From Chiloscyllium plagiosum (lineage: Eukaryota): 64,000 nt of DNA. The stretch lies in contig NC_057750.1 in NCBI RefSeq assembly GCF_004010195.1, positions 7,974,084 through 8,038,083 of the forward strand, in the 5' to 3' direction. The notes below the pieces were generated by a model. That model did not search any database and was not told where the DNA came from. It saw only the letters and a program-made list of their open reading frames with translations. Below, one piece after another: positions 13,050 through 23,999 of this stretch; position 1 is the first letter of the stretch; every line of letters begins with the position of its first letter. The position numbers were made by a program, and so were the translations under genes.

Positions 13050-13385
13050 CTCTTTTATATTCCATCCCACCCTGGCAATGTTTTTCCTCAAGCTCTACCA
13101 TTGGGGAGAAGGTACAGAAGCCTGAACACATGCACCAGCCGGTTTCGCGACAGTTTCCACTCTACTGTTGTTAGAATACTGAATGGACTCACAAACTCTT
13201 TAACATTCGCCTGTGCCTGTGTTTTTGTTTATGCTGCTGTTTACATATTATTTACTTATCTATGCTACTTAACTGTGTGATCTGCCTGTATTGCTCGCAA
13301 GACAAAGCTTTTCACTGTGCCTCGGTACACAAGACAATAAATTCAATTCAATTCAATATTGAATACATGTGACAATAAATGATTC
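13050..13385 (+). mobile_element. Rex1/Babar-type LINE 3' end
   Basis: ggagaaggtacagaagcctgaacacatgcaccagccggttt...aagcttttcactgtgcctcggtacac...aataaattcaattcaattc; related pieces at ~12620-12830, 18520-18828 and 50855-51060 (-). Confidence 0.65.
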
Positions 13386-13419
13386 AATCATAATGTGGTG
13401 TCCATAACTGTACACTATA

Positions 13420-13420
13420 C
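13420..13420. other. Coordinate-collapsed note: second Tc1/pogo MITE spans 13420-13502
   Basis: ta|cagaagaccc...ggataatcgaggttcctctg|ta; this overlaps no LINE sequence and is an internally deleted sibling of 3495-3644. Confidence 0.6.
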
Positions 13421-14049
13421 AGAAGACCCTGAGTTAACTGGCATTCGATTAACCGAACAAAATACTCCCCGTCCTCTCCTTTGGATAATCGAGGTTCCTC
13501 TGTACTCCAACTGACTGTCTTATATAATACGAGCATAGCCATATGCATCTGCTCAGACAATCCTTTCAAACTTGCATGCACCCTCCACCCTGTCCCTACC
13601 CTTGATCTCTTTGACTTTACCATTTGAAATGAAGGAGTTTGTTTAAGATGACTGGCTGTCAGGTTAAAGGATTAATTAGGCACGTCAAGTGCCAAGCACT
13701 CTGTGCTTCCCCTGAATAGAATTAGAGGCAGTTAAATCAACAGTCAAAAGAGTTCTTACTTTACTAAGGTCAAGTTACTGGTGCACTATTAATGTGTGAT
13801 TAAGGGAGTTCACACTGTACTCTCCCTAAATCACCTCTCTCAGTCTGCTGCAAATGAGCCTGAAAGTTATTTTGAAAAGGTGTTACAGTTGATTGCCTCT
13901 GATCACTGTTAGCTAATGCAGAGTGAGCTTATGGTGGGACTCTCACTGTTGTTTTCCCACAGTCTATGAGAAATTCCCAGCACAGTGCTAGATACAGTTA
14001 GTTTAGATGCTGGGAATCTGAAAGGAAAGCACAAAATTCAGCAGCCAAG

Positions 14050-14995
14050 AAATGATAAGGTTGTTAAGAAGGCATACGATGCGTTAGCTAGCTTTTATTG
14101 GTAGAGGGATTGACTTTCAGAGCCACAAGGTCATGCTGCAGCTGTACAAATCTCTGGTGTGGCCGCACTTGGAGTATTGTGTGCAGTTCTGGTCACCGCA
14201 TTATAGGAAGGATGTGGAAGCTTTGGAAAGGGTTCAGAGGAGATTTACTAGGATGTTGCCTGGTATTGAGGGAAGGTCTTACGAGGAAAGGCTGAGGGAC
14301 TTGAGGCTGTTTTCATTAGAGACACAACTTAATTGAGACACATAAGATAATCAGAGGGTTAGATAGGGTGGACTGTGAGAGCCTTTTTCCTTGGATGGTG
14401 ATGGCTAGCATGAGGGGACATAGCTTTAAATTGAGGGGTGATAGATATAGGAGTTAGTTTCTTTACTCAGAGAGTAGTAGGGGTGTGGAATGCACTGCCT
14501 GCAACAGTAGTAGACTCGTCAACTTTAAGGGCATTTAAATGGTCATTGGATAAACACATGGATGAGAATGGAATAGTGTAGGATAGATGGGCTTCAGATT
14601 GGTTCCACAAGTTGTTGCAACATCGAGGGCTGAAGGGCCTGCACTGCGCTGGAATGTTCTATAGATCAGGTGGATAGCAAAGATCCTTTCCCTAGGTTGG
14701 GGGATTTCAAAACTAGGGAGTATAGTTTTAAGGTGACAGGGAAAGATTTAAACCAGACTGAGGGGCAACTTTTTCAAAAAAGAGGACAGTTCGTAAATGG
14801 AATTAACTGACAGAGGAAACTGACAGAGGTGCAGATACAACATTTCAAAGATATTTGGACAGATACTTGGTTAGGAAATGTTTAGAGAGATATGGGCCAA
14901 ATGCAGGCAAATGGGACTAGTTTAGTTAGGGGAACCTGGTCGGCATGGACGAGTTGGACCGAAGGGCCTGTTTCTGTGCTGTATGACTCCAAGAC
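14050..14995 (+). mobile_element. Two consecutive CR1/HER1 3' fragments
   Basis: ORF 14133..14336 ([32 protein letters not shown]); first tail at ~14660, second at ~14990. Confidence 0.88.
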
Positions 14996-14998
14996 TAT

Positions 14999-15347
14999 GG
15001 GCGGCACGTGACTCAGTGGTTAGCTCTGCTGCCTCATGATGCCAGGGACTTGGGTTCGATTCCGCTCTTGGGCAACTGTCTCTGTGGTGTTTGCATGTTC
15101 TCCCCAAGTCTGTGTGGCTTTCCTTCGGGTGCTCCGGTTTCCTCCCACAATCCAAAGATGTGTAAGTTAGGTGGATTAGCCATGCAGAATTGCCTATAGT
15201 GTTCAGGGATGTGTGGGTTCGGTGCATTAGTTGGGGGTAAATGTAGAGTAATAGGACACAAAGAACGAGTGGGTGGGTTGCTCTTCGGAGGATCAGTGTG
15301 GACTTGTTGGTTGAATGGCCTGTTTCCACACTGTAGGGATTCTATGA
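14999..15347 (+). mobile_element. HE1 (V-SINE), full length
   Basis: A/B-box head, V-domain, CR1-like tail ggcctgtttccacactgtagggattctatg. Confidence 0.9.
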
Positions 15348-16039
15348 CTTGCTGTTTGGTCGATGAGACAGATCATTAGGAGCATCCTAAAGGGAATCAT
15401 ATACCCATCCAGAGCTAAATACACAGAACACAATTAAAACTGGGCATGGTCAGAAGGCCAGAATTGGACAAGTGCAGAAATTGTGGCGGGTTGTTGGGCT
15501 GGAGGTGGTTACAGAGGTGCACAGTAACCAGGCTGTGGAGTGAGTTTAAAAAAAAATCAAGGCGAAGAATTTTTCAGGTTGAGGTCTTATTAAGTCTGGA
15601 GAAAGGTAGATCCTGGATCATAGGGTTAGTGGGTGCATGGGAACTGGAGTTGGTTAAGAAAATCATTTGGATTTGTTTTATAGAGTGCGTGAAAGGTGGA
15701 AGTGTGTTTGAGTGCTCACAAATCTAAATAGCTTCTGTTCAAAAGAGAAGCAGTCCAAGTGAGTGTTAGTTTCCCATTTTAACACGATTCTTTTTTCTTA
15801 TTCCAAGAAATCAAAGCAAAACTTGAATCCTTATCTGGCCTCAGGCATCAGCTTGTGACTTGCCCAACTCTTGGTAAACAAAGACTAACTTTGTTATGTT
15901 TTTTAATATCAAGATCTCATGTTCTAGTTTACAGTCACCCTCTATGCAGCATGGTTACTTTCAGTACATTGTGTCTGCCCTACCCCTGAAACTGATAAAG
16001 AATTAAAACAGATGAGAAAGAGCCTGTCTAACCCACTTA

Positions 16040-16290
16040 GAGTCATCAAGTCATGTAGCTGTACAGCACGGGAAACAGACCCATTAGTCCAACGCATCCA
16101 TGCCGACCAGATATTCTACATTAATCTAGTCCCATTTGTCAGCATATCCCTCTAAACCCTTCCTATTCATATACCCATCCAGATGTCTTTTAAATGTTGT
16201 AATTGTACCAGCCTCCACCACTTCCTCTGGCAGCTCATTCCATACACGTACCACCCTCTGTGTGAAAAAGTTGCCCCTTAGGTCCCCTTG
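16040..16290 (-). mobile_element. CR1/HER1 3' end
   Basis: Reverse complement of the conserved ...ggaatgagctgccagaggaagtggtggaggctgg... 3' region. Confidence 0.85.
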
Positions 16291-16764
16291 AGGGGGCCGT
16301 GCCAAGGGGGCAAAATCTTGATTTCATTTATTCCCTTGAGAGATGGCAGTGCGAGGTGACATGTCGGATAATGATACCCAAAAGTAAAACTCCAGAATCT
16401 GCCCTGATAGAAACTAATTTTGAGTTAACACCCAGGTACATTAACGGATTCCTTACTTAGAATTCAAAACCATCAAGCAACATTTTCTGTTTTCATTTCC
16501 AGTCAGCTGCATCTGTTGTATTTGCTTTTGTTTAATTTTGTTTGAATCAAGCAGAAATATTTCTTTCTTTGGTACAATATTCTATCCCCTCTGCAGGGCA
16601 ATGTCAGAGTCATAGAGGTCTGTAGCACAGAATTAGAAAGTACAACATTAGACAGAATACTGTTAAGTCTTGATAACGCAAGGGTCACACACCATGTGGA
16701 TAACGCCAGGGTCACACACCACGTGGATAGCAGCTGGCATCCACCAATTTCTTTAGGAAAATAA

Positions 16765-17200
16765 GGGGGCTCAGTGGTTAGCACTGTCATTCACAGCACA
16801 GGACTCCGGTTCAATTCCACCCTCGGGTGACTCTCTATGTGGAGTTTGCACATTCTCCCTGTGTCTGTGTTGGTTTCCTCCGGGTGCGCTGGTTTTCTCC
16901 CACAGTCCAAAGGTGTGCAGGTTAGGGTGGATTGGCCATGCTAAATTGCCCCATAGTGTCCAGGGATGTGCAGGTTAGGGTGGATTGGCCATGCTAAATT
17001 GCCCCATAGTGCCCAGGGATGTGCAGGTTAGGGTGGATTGGCCGTGCTAAATTGCTCCATAGTGTTCAGGGATATACAGTCTAGGTGGGTTAGCCATAGG
17101 GAATGCAGGGTTATAGGGATAGGGCAGGGACTGGTCTTTGGTGGGTTGGTGTGGATTTGATGGGCTGAACGGTCTGTTTCCATACAGTAGGGATTCTATG
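16765..17200 (+). mobile_element. HE1 SINE with an internal ~55-bp triplication
   Basis: gtgcaggttagggtggattggccatgctaaattgccccatagtg repeated three times (~16914-17075). Confidence 0.85.
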
Positions 17201-17948
17201 GTAAGCCGAAGAGACATAAAACACAGATTTTCCCTTCACATGGTGAATTCTTATAGCACAGATGGTGGCCATTCAGGCCAGATCTATAACAAGCTTCCTG
17301 AAAGAGCAATGGCTAATCTTTTACTTTCCCTTTATGGAATGGGAGTATGGACAGTGTTTTATCTGTGAATCAAAAGTTCTGCCTTAGCCGTTTCAAATCA
17401 AATTTTGAGTGTGACGTCACATGTCGGCCAAACCAGGCAAAGGTGGCAGATTTTCTTCAAGGACATCAGTGAATCAGAAGAGTCTTTACAATAACTGACA
17501 AATGGCCTAGCCATGTCTGAGACTTTATTCCGGAGTTATTCTTCAAATGGATAACTCCATCAGCAGTTGGGGTTTGATTTAAACTCATAACCCCACAGAA
17601 CATCAGCCTGCAGCCTCTGGATTACTGCTCTAGCGACAGCATCAACTCTGCTCAGCTGCTAATGGCAAACTCTTGTTGTGAGGTTCTCAGTTAGTGCACT
17701 AACAGCCAGTCCGACACTAAAGATAGCTTGCACTTGCAATTATATAGCGCCTTTCACAACCTCAGAACTTCCCAAATGCTTTAGGGGCCCACAAAGCGTG
17801 GGCAAACGTTCCCAATGCACTCATTGCCAGCTCCCTCAAAACTACAATACAACAATGGCCATGTAATATTTATGATTCGCATTTTTCGGTCGAATCTTTG
17901 ATCTGCTTTTGTTTTCAGAACAGCCCATTGGGATGGTTTCTACCTCCC

Positions 17949-17950
<2 letters not shown>

Positions 17951-17982
<32 letters not shown>
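17951..17982 (+). repeat. (GA)n microsatellite
   Basis: Direct reading. Confidence 0.95.
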
Positions 17983-17984
<2 letters not shown>

Positions 17985-18490
17985 TGGGCTCTCGGTGCCA
18001 GGTACGTCTCACTTGAGCGCTCTCACCCTTGAATCCAGGTCCTAGTCTCATTGCAGGAACTGAGCTCAAAACATCTATACTGCAGTACTGAGAGGATTCA
18101 GTTGGAGGCGCTGTTTTTCTGAATGAGGCCATACCTGGTCAGGTAAATGCAAAATATCCCTGTTTCTCAGAAGAGACTGGTGTCCCGGCCAAATTAAGAT
18201 TTCACATCAACATAACAAAAGACTATTATCACACTGCTGTTTTTGGGAGCTTGCTATCCTCAAATTGGCCACTGCATTTCCTACAGGCCAACAGCGACTG
18301 CGCTTCAAAAAGGACTTAGAGTCACAGAGATGTACAGCACAGAAACAGACCCTTCGGTCCAACTCGTCCATGCCGACCAGATATCCGAAATTAATCTAGT
18401 CCCGTTTACTAGCACTTGGCCGATATCCCTCTAAACCCTTCCTATTCATGTACCCATCCAGGTGATTTCATTGACTGTAATGTGGTTCAA
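17985..18490 (+). mobile_element. Deu-domain SINE (SacSINE1/AmnSINE1-like), interrupted by a CR1 3' end (18318-18462, -)
   Basis: ggtgtcccggccaa...tatcacactgctgttttgggagcttgct...aaattggcc.ctgcatttcctaca...acagcgactgcgcttcaaaa resembles the Deu core; reverse copies at ~17720-17870 and 38330-38620. Confidence 0.6.
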
Positions 18491-18542
18491 TGAAAAGCAT
18501 GATCTAAATGAACTTCTGTCAGGCAGAAGATACAGAAGTTGA

Positions 18543-18578
<36 letters not shown>

Positions 18579-19379
18579 CAGTAGTTTCAAGAACAGCTTC
18601 TTCCCTGCCATTATTAGGCTGAATAATGGACTCTCTCGCTTCAAATAATGTTGATCTTGGTGAGCTCACGTCCTGTGCTGTGTATCCTGTATGCCTCACT
18701 CTGTCCAAGTTTGTTCTCATCTTACGATCTGTACGTCCTTGCTTACTATGATCTGCCTATACTTCTCGCAAACAAAGCTTTTCGCTGTACTTAGGTACAC
18801 ATGACAATAAATAAATCGAATCAATTCAGAAATCTGTTTTGGGCTCATCCTAAGGAAAGCGCTTCTGACAATGTAGCTCCAGCCCGCAGTACTGCACTGA
18901 GCACAAAACAGTAGGCCCAAGCCTTGAACCCACAACGCCCTGAACCACCAGTAAAAAGGAAGTCAGCCATTACACTGCCACTGTATAAAAAGGCCATCAA
19001 TTACAGCAGGTAAGCTCTTCAGTGACTAAACTCTACACTTATTGTTTCAGTTCACAGATCTCATGAACATATAAATGCACGAATATGGAGCAGGAACAGG
19101 CCACTTGGCCCCTCGAGCCTTCTCTGCTGTTCAACAAGATCATGGTCGATCTGTTTGTGTTTCAAATTCCCATCTGCCTCCCCCCCCCCCCATACCCCTC
19201 AACTGCTCTCAAATCTATCTCCCTCAATCTGTGACCTCACTTCCACCACTTCCTGAGGCAGAGATTCCAAAAAATTCTCCTTATCTCTGACCCAAAGAGG
19301 CAACCCCAAATTTTCAAGTAACAACCTTTTGTTCTGAACTGACGCAAAAGAGGAAACATCCCTCCTACATCCACCTAAG

Positions 19380-19720
19380 GGTTCAGTGGTATCATCGTTA
19401 GATGTTAATCCAGTGACCCAGATAATGTTGCAGGGATCTGGATTCAAATCCCATCACGGCAGATAGTGGAATTTGAATTCAACGATCATCTGGAATTACG
19501 AGTCTGATGATGATCATGCATCTATTGCCAACTGTCAGGAAAAAAAACCCTATCTGGTTCATCAATGCCCTTCAGGGAAGGAAATCTGCCATACTTAGCT
19601 GGTCAGGCCTACATGTGACTCCCATGTGACAGTCAATGGGGTTGACTCTCAATTGCTCTCTGGGCAAGGCGGGATGGACAGTAAATGCCCAGTGATACTC
19701 ACATCCCATTAATTAAAAAC
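19380..19720 (+). mobile_element. tRNA-derived SINE (second family) whose 3' end resembles the LINE at 40345-40920
   Basis: Head ggttcagtggt...ggattcaaatccc; body ctggttcatcaatgcccttcagggaaggaaatctgcc; tail cacatcccattaattaaaaa. Reverse copies at ~17410-17640, 22870-23420 and 34870-35040. Confidence 0.65.
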
Positions 19721-19939
19721 AAATCTTTTCAGGATCTTAAAAGATTTTTTTAATCAACTTGCTCAGAAGCAGCAGGTAGGGCTTGAATTGAGGCCTCCTG
19801 GCTCAGAGATAGTGACATTACTTCTGCACCACTGGTCTCCTGAGACAGAGACTAACAAAAATAAAAATTGAGACAGTGATGAAGCCACCAGTGAAACCAT
19901 GACATTTTATCACAGTTAAGAAAAGAAAGCCATTGATTT

Positions 19940-20120
19940 GATGCTGGTTGCCATGGCTAGGCCCACAGGGACCAGCTCGGTCACCTGGTTAATGTTCTCC
20001 TGTTTAGTGACGACAATCTGGTTGCTAGGCAATTGTGGGTAAGCAGCTGTCATATCGAGGCCAGGGTCAGGCTTTGCTCTGACCATATATGGAGAGGTCA
20101 AGGTCAAGAGATTGGATTGC
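19940..20120. promoter_or_regulatory. Candidate enhancer: two RFX X-box-like motifs, CArG box, E-box, TCAAGGTCA/AGGTCA DR0
   Basis: GTTGCCATGGCTAG 19947-19960; GTTGCTAGGCAAT 20021-20033; CAGCTG 20044-20049; CCATATATGG 20083-20092; AGGTCAAGGTCA 20095-20106. Motif evidence only. Confidence 0.45.
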
Positions 20121-20134
20121 TATCAAATCAAAAT

Positions 20135-20652
20135 GTGATGTGACATGCTACATGCAACACACTGCATGCAACACTGTGTGTGACACGCTGATGTGACACA
20201 CTGCATGCACCATGCTACATGCAAAAGCCTGTATGCAACAATCTGAAAATGACATGCTGTGTGCACACATTACACACAACACCCTGCATGCAATGTGCTT
20301 CATGCAACATACGACTTGCAGTACATGACATGTTGTACTTGACACACAACATGCAGCACACTAAATGCAACATGTTACAAGTGACATGGTTCATGCGACC
20401 AGCCAAGTGTAACATGTTTCATGAAAATTACTACATGAAACATGCCATATGTAACATGTTGCATGTGACGTTCTTCTTGCACACGCTACATGTGACACAC
20501 TGCCTGCAGCATATTATGTAGTATGCTGATGTGACACAGTGCATGCAACGCTGCATACAACACGCTACATGTCACAAGCTGTGCGCACACGCAACACACG
20601 ACATGCTACACAAGACAAGCTACTTGTCACATGCTGCGTGCAACATGCTACA
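20135..20652. repeat. Cryptic degenerate 7-bp tandem repeat (CATGCAA/CATGCTA/CATGTGA/CACACTG)
   Basis: Parses as catgcta catgcaa cacactg catgcaa ... catgtga cacactg over ~520 bp. Confidence 0.8.
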
Positions 20653-21525
20653 GGAGCCTGGATTCAGCCCGTGGCAAATTGGTCTGGGCACCACGTGCTT
20701 ACCCGTGGTCAAGCACCAGTGATGGCTCCACAGGAAGTTCGCCTCATCCCTGTGGGGAGAGTGAGGCGAGAGGTCAGCTAATTGGAAACCCCTTGGGGCC
20801 ATGTCTGGGGGTCAGCAGGGGGCATAGGGAGAGATGAGGCAATCAGGAGGTGGGATGATGGTGGTGAGGTGGAGGTGAGGAAACTGGGCAGGGACATTAC
20901 AGTGGGAAACAGTGCCATGTCCAGCACCACCATGTTGCGATGCCTCGTGTGGTTGAGCAGCCTAGCCAGACCCCCTCAGTCTCCAAGGCTGACATCCTGC
21001 CTTTCAGATTGATGGCCTCATTAGTTAAATTTCACTTACGCCACTAACATCCTCTCTCTTTCTCGAAGATGTCTTTACATTTGAATAGAACGGGGCCAAG
21101 TTAAAAATCGACATTCCCTTCAGCATTCCACACACATAAAACTGCACAACGTCATCAGCTTGTTCCCATAGCTACGACAGGATCAATTGGGACAAGTTCA
21201 CAGAGAGCACCTCTCTGCCAGTTAAGGGAGACAGCATCCCGATTAAAGAGAGGGAGTCTATCAAGGCAGTTACAATTCCCCAGCACCCCCCCCCCCCCCA
21301 CCCCCCACAAAACTGTGACGACCTTCTCCCTGACTGATGCTTGGCTCACAGTCTGCAAGGTTATCTTTAAGAGCCTATTCCAGCTGCCACTCACCCACCA
21401 TGTGCGAGCCCGGGCAGCCAGCATTGCAAGCTATTTAGACTAAGGAAGGCATCACAGCCAAGTCTGTTTCCATCCTCCCTCCCCTACACATGCACCTGCG
21501 TGTGCTTGACTGTGTAGGGAGTGAA

Positions 21526-21704
21526 GTGGTGCTGGAAAAGCACAGCAGGTCAGGCAGCATCCGAGGAGCGGGAGAGTCCTGATGAAGGGCGTTTGCCCGA
21601 AACATTGACTCTCCTGATCCTTGGATGCTGCCCGACCTGTTGTGCTTTTACAGCAAACCACTCTGGAATTTGATCTCCAGTATCTGCAGCCTTCACTTTC
21701 TCTT
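21526..21704 (+). mobile_element. PLE-derived foldback element with a hammerhead at the hairpin apex, 17-bp TSD
   Basis: TSD actgtgtagggagtgaa at 21509-21525 and 21705-21721; CTGATGA 21579-21585, GGGC-gttt-GCCC, GAAA 21599-21602. Confidence 0.85.
21571..21614 (+). ncRNA. Minimal type I hammerhead ribozyme motif
   Basis: ggagagtc CTGATGA a GGGC gttt GCCC GAAA ca tt gactctcc; 8-bp stem I; stem III decayed from ACGT. Confidence 0.65.
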
Positions 21705-21901
21705 ACTGTGTAGGGAGTGAAATTAGGCAGAGTCCTTGGTGCCTACTTTGATTATATTTCTTTGGGGGCCATGTGTCCAGGCTGAAATGCAAAAGAAAAT
21801 CAGCCCCTGATGTAGCAGAGGGTCGCTGGCACACACTGAGCTTCAGCAAAGCAAGAATCCTTCAGGAGCTGTTTGGCAGGTGATGGGGCAACTTGACCTT
21901 G

Positions 21902-22606
21902 TGTTGTGGACCAGACCAGATCCCCTCAAAATATATTAAGAAGGTAGCCCAGACCTTCACTTTATTTTATTTCAAAGGTAAATATAAAGTGCTGTGTTCC
22001 AGATGCAATTCTATGATTCTGGATCAGTGGTGCTGGAAGAGCACAGCAATTCAGGCAGCATCCGACGAGCAGCAATTCTATGAGTCAAACATTAAGCAAA
22101 ACATAATTTATTCAAAATTAAAATGCAATAAAAGAAAGAGGAAGTTGGAATAACTTAATGTAATTGAAAAACTTAACAGAATGATATATTATTTTACTGC
22201 TAAACAGAAATTGTTCCAATATAGTAACGTCCTATAAACACACCCTTGGCATAAGGTGAATTTAAAAAGCATATTGGCTCACATGCACTTCTCTAATCTT
22301 AGAGGAAACAACATCAAAGATAATTCTGAGAGAAAACTCAGAGAAAGAGAGAGACTGTAGCAGCCAGGAGGGATTCACTGCCATCCAACCCTGCTGAGAC
22401 CCCAGCAACAACTACTGAAAACTATATGAAAATCCTGGATCTGCTTGACCACACTCAGTCAGGCTGCTTCTATTGTTCCAGCTTTTTAGAAAAAACCCAA
22501 GGCCTTACAAGTTGTTTATCTTCTCATAGACTTATCACCACCTGTTCACCAATCTCTAAAAAAGACCAGGACAAAATACACTTCTTATTGCCACAGCATC
22601 ATTATA
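21902..22606. mobile_element. Solo LTR, with a 55-bp PLE-fragment insert at 22017-22071
   Basis: Starts tgttgtggaccagacc, homologous throughout to the TG...CA LTR at 35707-36456; insert flanked by TSD gcaattctatga (22005-22016, 22072-22083). Confidence 0.75.
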
Positions 22607-22939
22607 ATTTTCTGATGGGATAGAAGAGGAAAGAAGGATCATTCATGGTTTCTGTGACAGACCAAAGTGGTGGGAAGTGCATAAATGTAATGATGGTCTC
22701 AGAAACCACACACCGACTACCCCACCCCAAACAAATAAGTTGCCAACTCACCCTTACGTCACGCCTTCATTGCTATTCCCCTCTCTGACGTTATAACCTC
22801 TACCAGTCCCAAACTCCTTTTCCTTCTGAATCTCTGGTTGTCCTGCTAACACTGCCTCCCCCAGCCAAACGTTTCCTTTGCTCTTTTATGGGATGTGGCA
22901 GTTAGTCACCTATCCCTCACTGCCCGTCAATGGAGCGTT

Positions 22940-23131
22940 GATATAGAGGGGCCAGTATTGGACTGGGGTGGACAAAGTCAGAAGTCACATGTACCAGGTT
23001 ATAATCCAACAGGTCTATTTAAAATCACAAGCTTTTCAGAGTAAACTTCACCTGACGAAGGAGCAGCTTTCTGAAAGCCTGTGATTTTAAATAAACCTGT
23101 TGTACTATAACCTGGTGTCATGATTTCTGAC
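22940..23131. mobile_element. PLE-derived foldback element, family C
   Basis: Inverted arms (accaggttata..caacagg / cctgttg.actataacctggt); tcac CTGACGA aggagc...GAAA gcct gtga at ~23048-23084. Confidence 0.75.
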
Positions 23132-23470
23132 TCAAATGGAATCGTTTGCTGGGCCATAACAAAAAGCGGCTAACTATCAATCAAGCTGTTGTGGGTCTGC
23201 AGCCCTACGTAGGCCAGACTTGGGTAAGCACAGCAGATTTCCTTCCCTCGAGGACATGACTGAGCCATCGCTTTTTTCTAAGACCATCAGTGGTTTAATT
23301 CCCGGGACAAATCTATCAATTGGAATTTCTTTAGCTGCTGTCATGGGATTCAAACTCACATTCCCAGAATATTTTCCTGGACCGCTAGACGACTAGTCCT
23401 GTAAGGTCATTACTGCACCATCGTCTGCCATATTCCAGCTGTGTCCCCAACTGTTTGGGTCTCCCACTGA

Positions 23471-23784
23471 GTTAGAGACAAAAAATAACTGCAGATGCTG
23501 GAACCCGAAAGGCAGGCAGCATCAGGAGTTGAAGAAGTCGACGTTTTGGGTGTAACCCTTCCTCAGCACCCAATGTCCTGAAGAAGTGTTCGACCCAAAA
23601 TGTTGACTTCTCCACCTCCTGACGCTGCCTGCCTTGCTGTGTTCCCCCAGCCTCCTGCCTGTCCCTCCTGACGCTGCCTGGCTTGCTGTGTCCCTCTCCC
23701 TCCTGATGCTGCCTGCCTTGCTGTGTCCCTCTCTCTCCTGATGCTGCCTGCCTTGCTGTGTTCCTCCAGACTCCTGCCTGTGTA
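23471..23784. mobile_element. PLE-derived foldback element, family B, with ~35-bp internal tandem repeats, 17-bp TSD
   Basis: TSD tttgggtctcccactga at 23454-23470 and 23785-23801; two divergent decayed hammerheads; four copies of cctcctga(c/t)gctgcctg.cttgctgtgt. Confidence 0.8.
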
Positions 23785-23999
23785 TTTGGGTCTCCCACTG
23801 AAGCATTCCCTCTCACTCCCTCCATTCTGTTCTCTTTCACCTCTAAGTACTTCCTTAAGGCTTTCCCCCACTGCATCGGACTGTCCCTTTCCTTGTTCGG
23901 CTGTACCTTGGGATCTCCCTCTCTGGCGCCAACTAAATGCAATTGTCAGAACACCCCACCCCAGGAAAACGTAGATGAGGGGTTGGGTGATGAGATCAG

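Noticed and set aside
20148..20722. Cys/His-rich ORFs resembling zinc-finger or metallothionein proteins
   Set aside because: By-product of the heptamer repeat, open in several frames on both strands.
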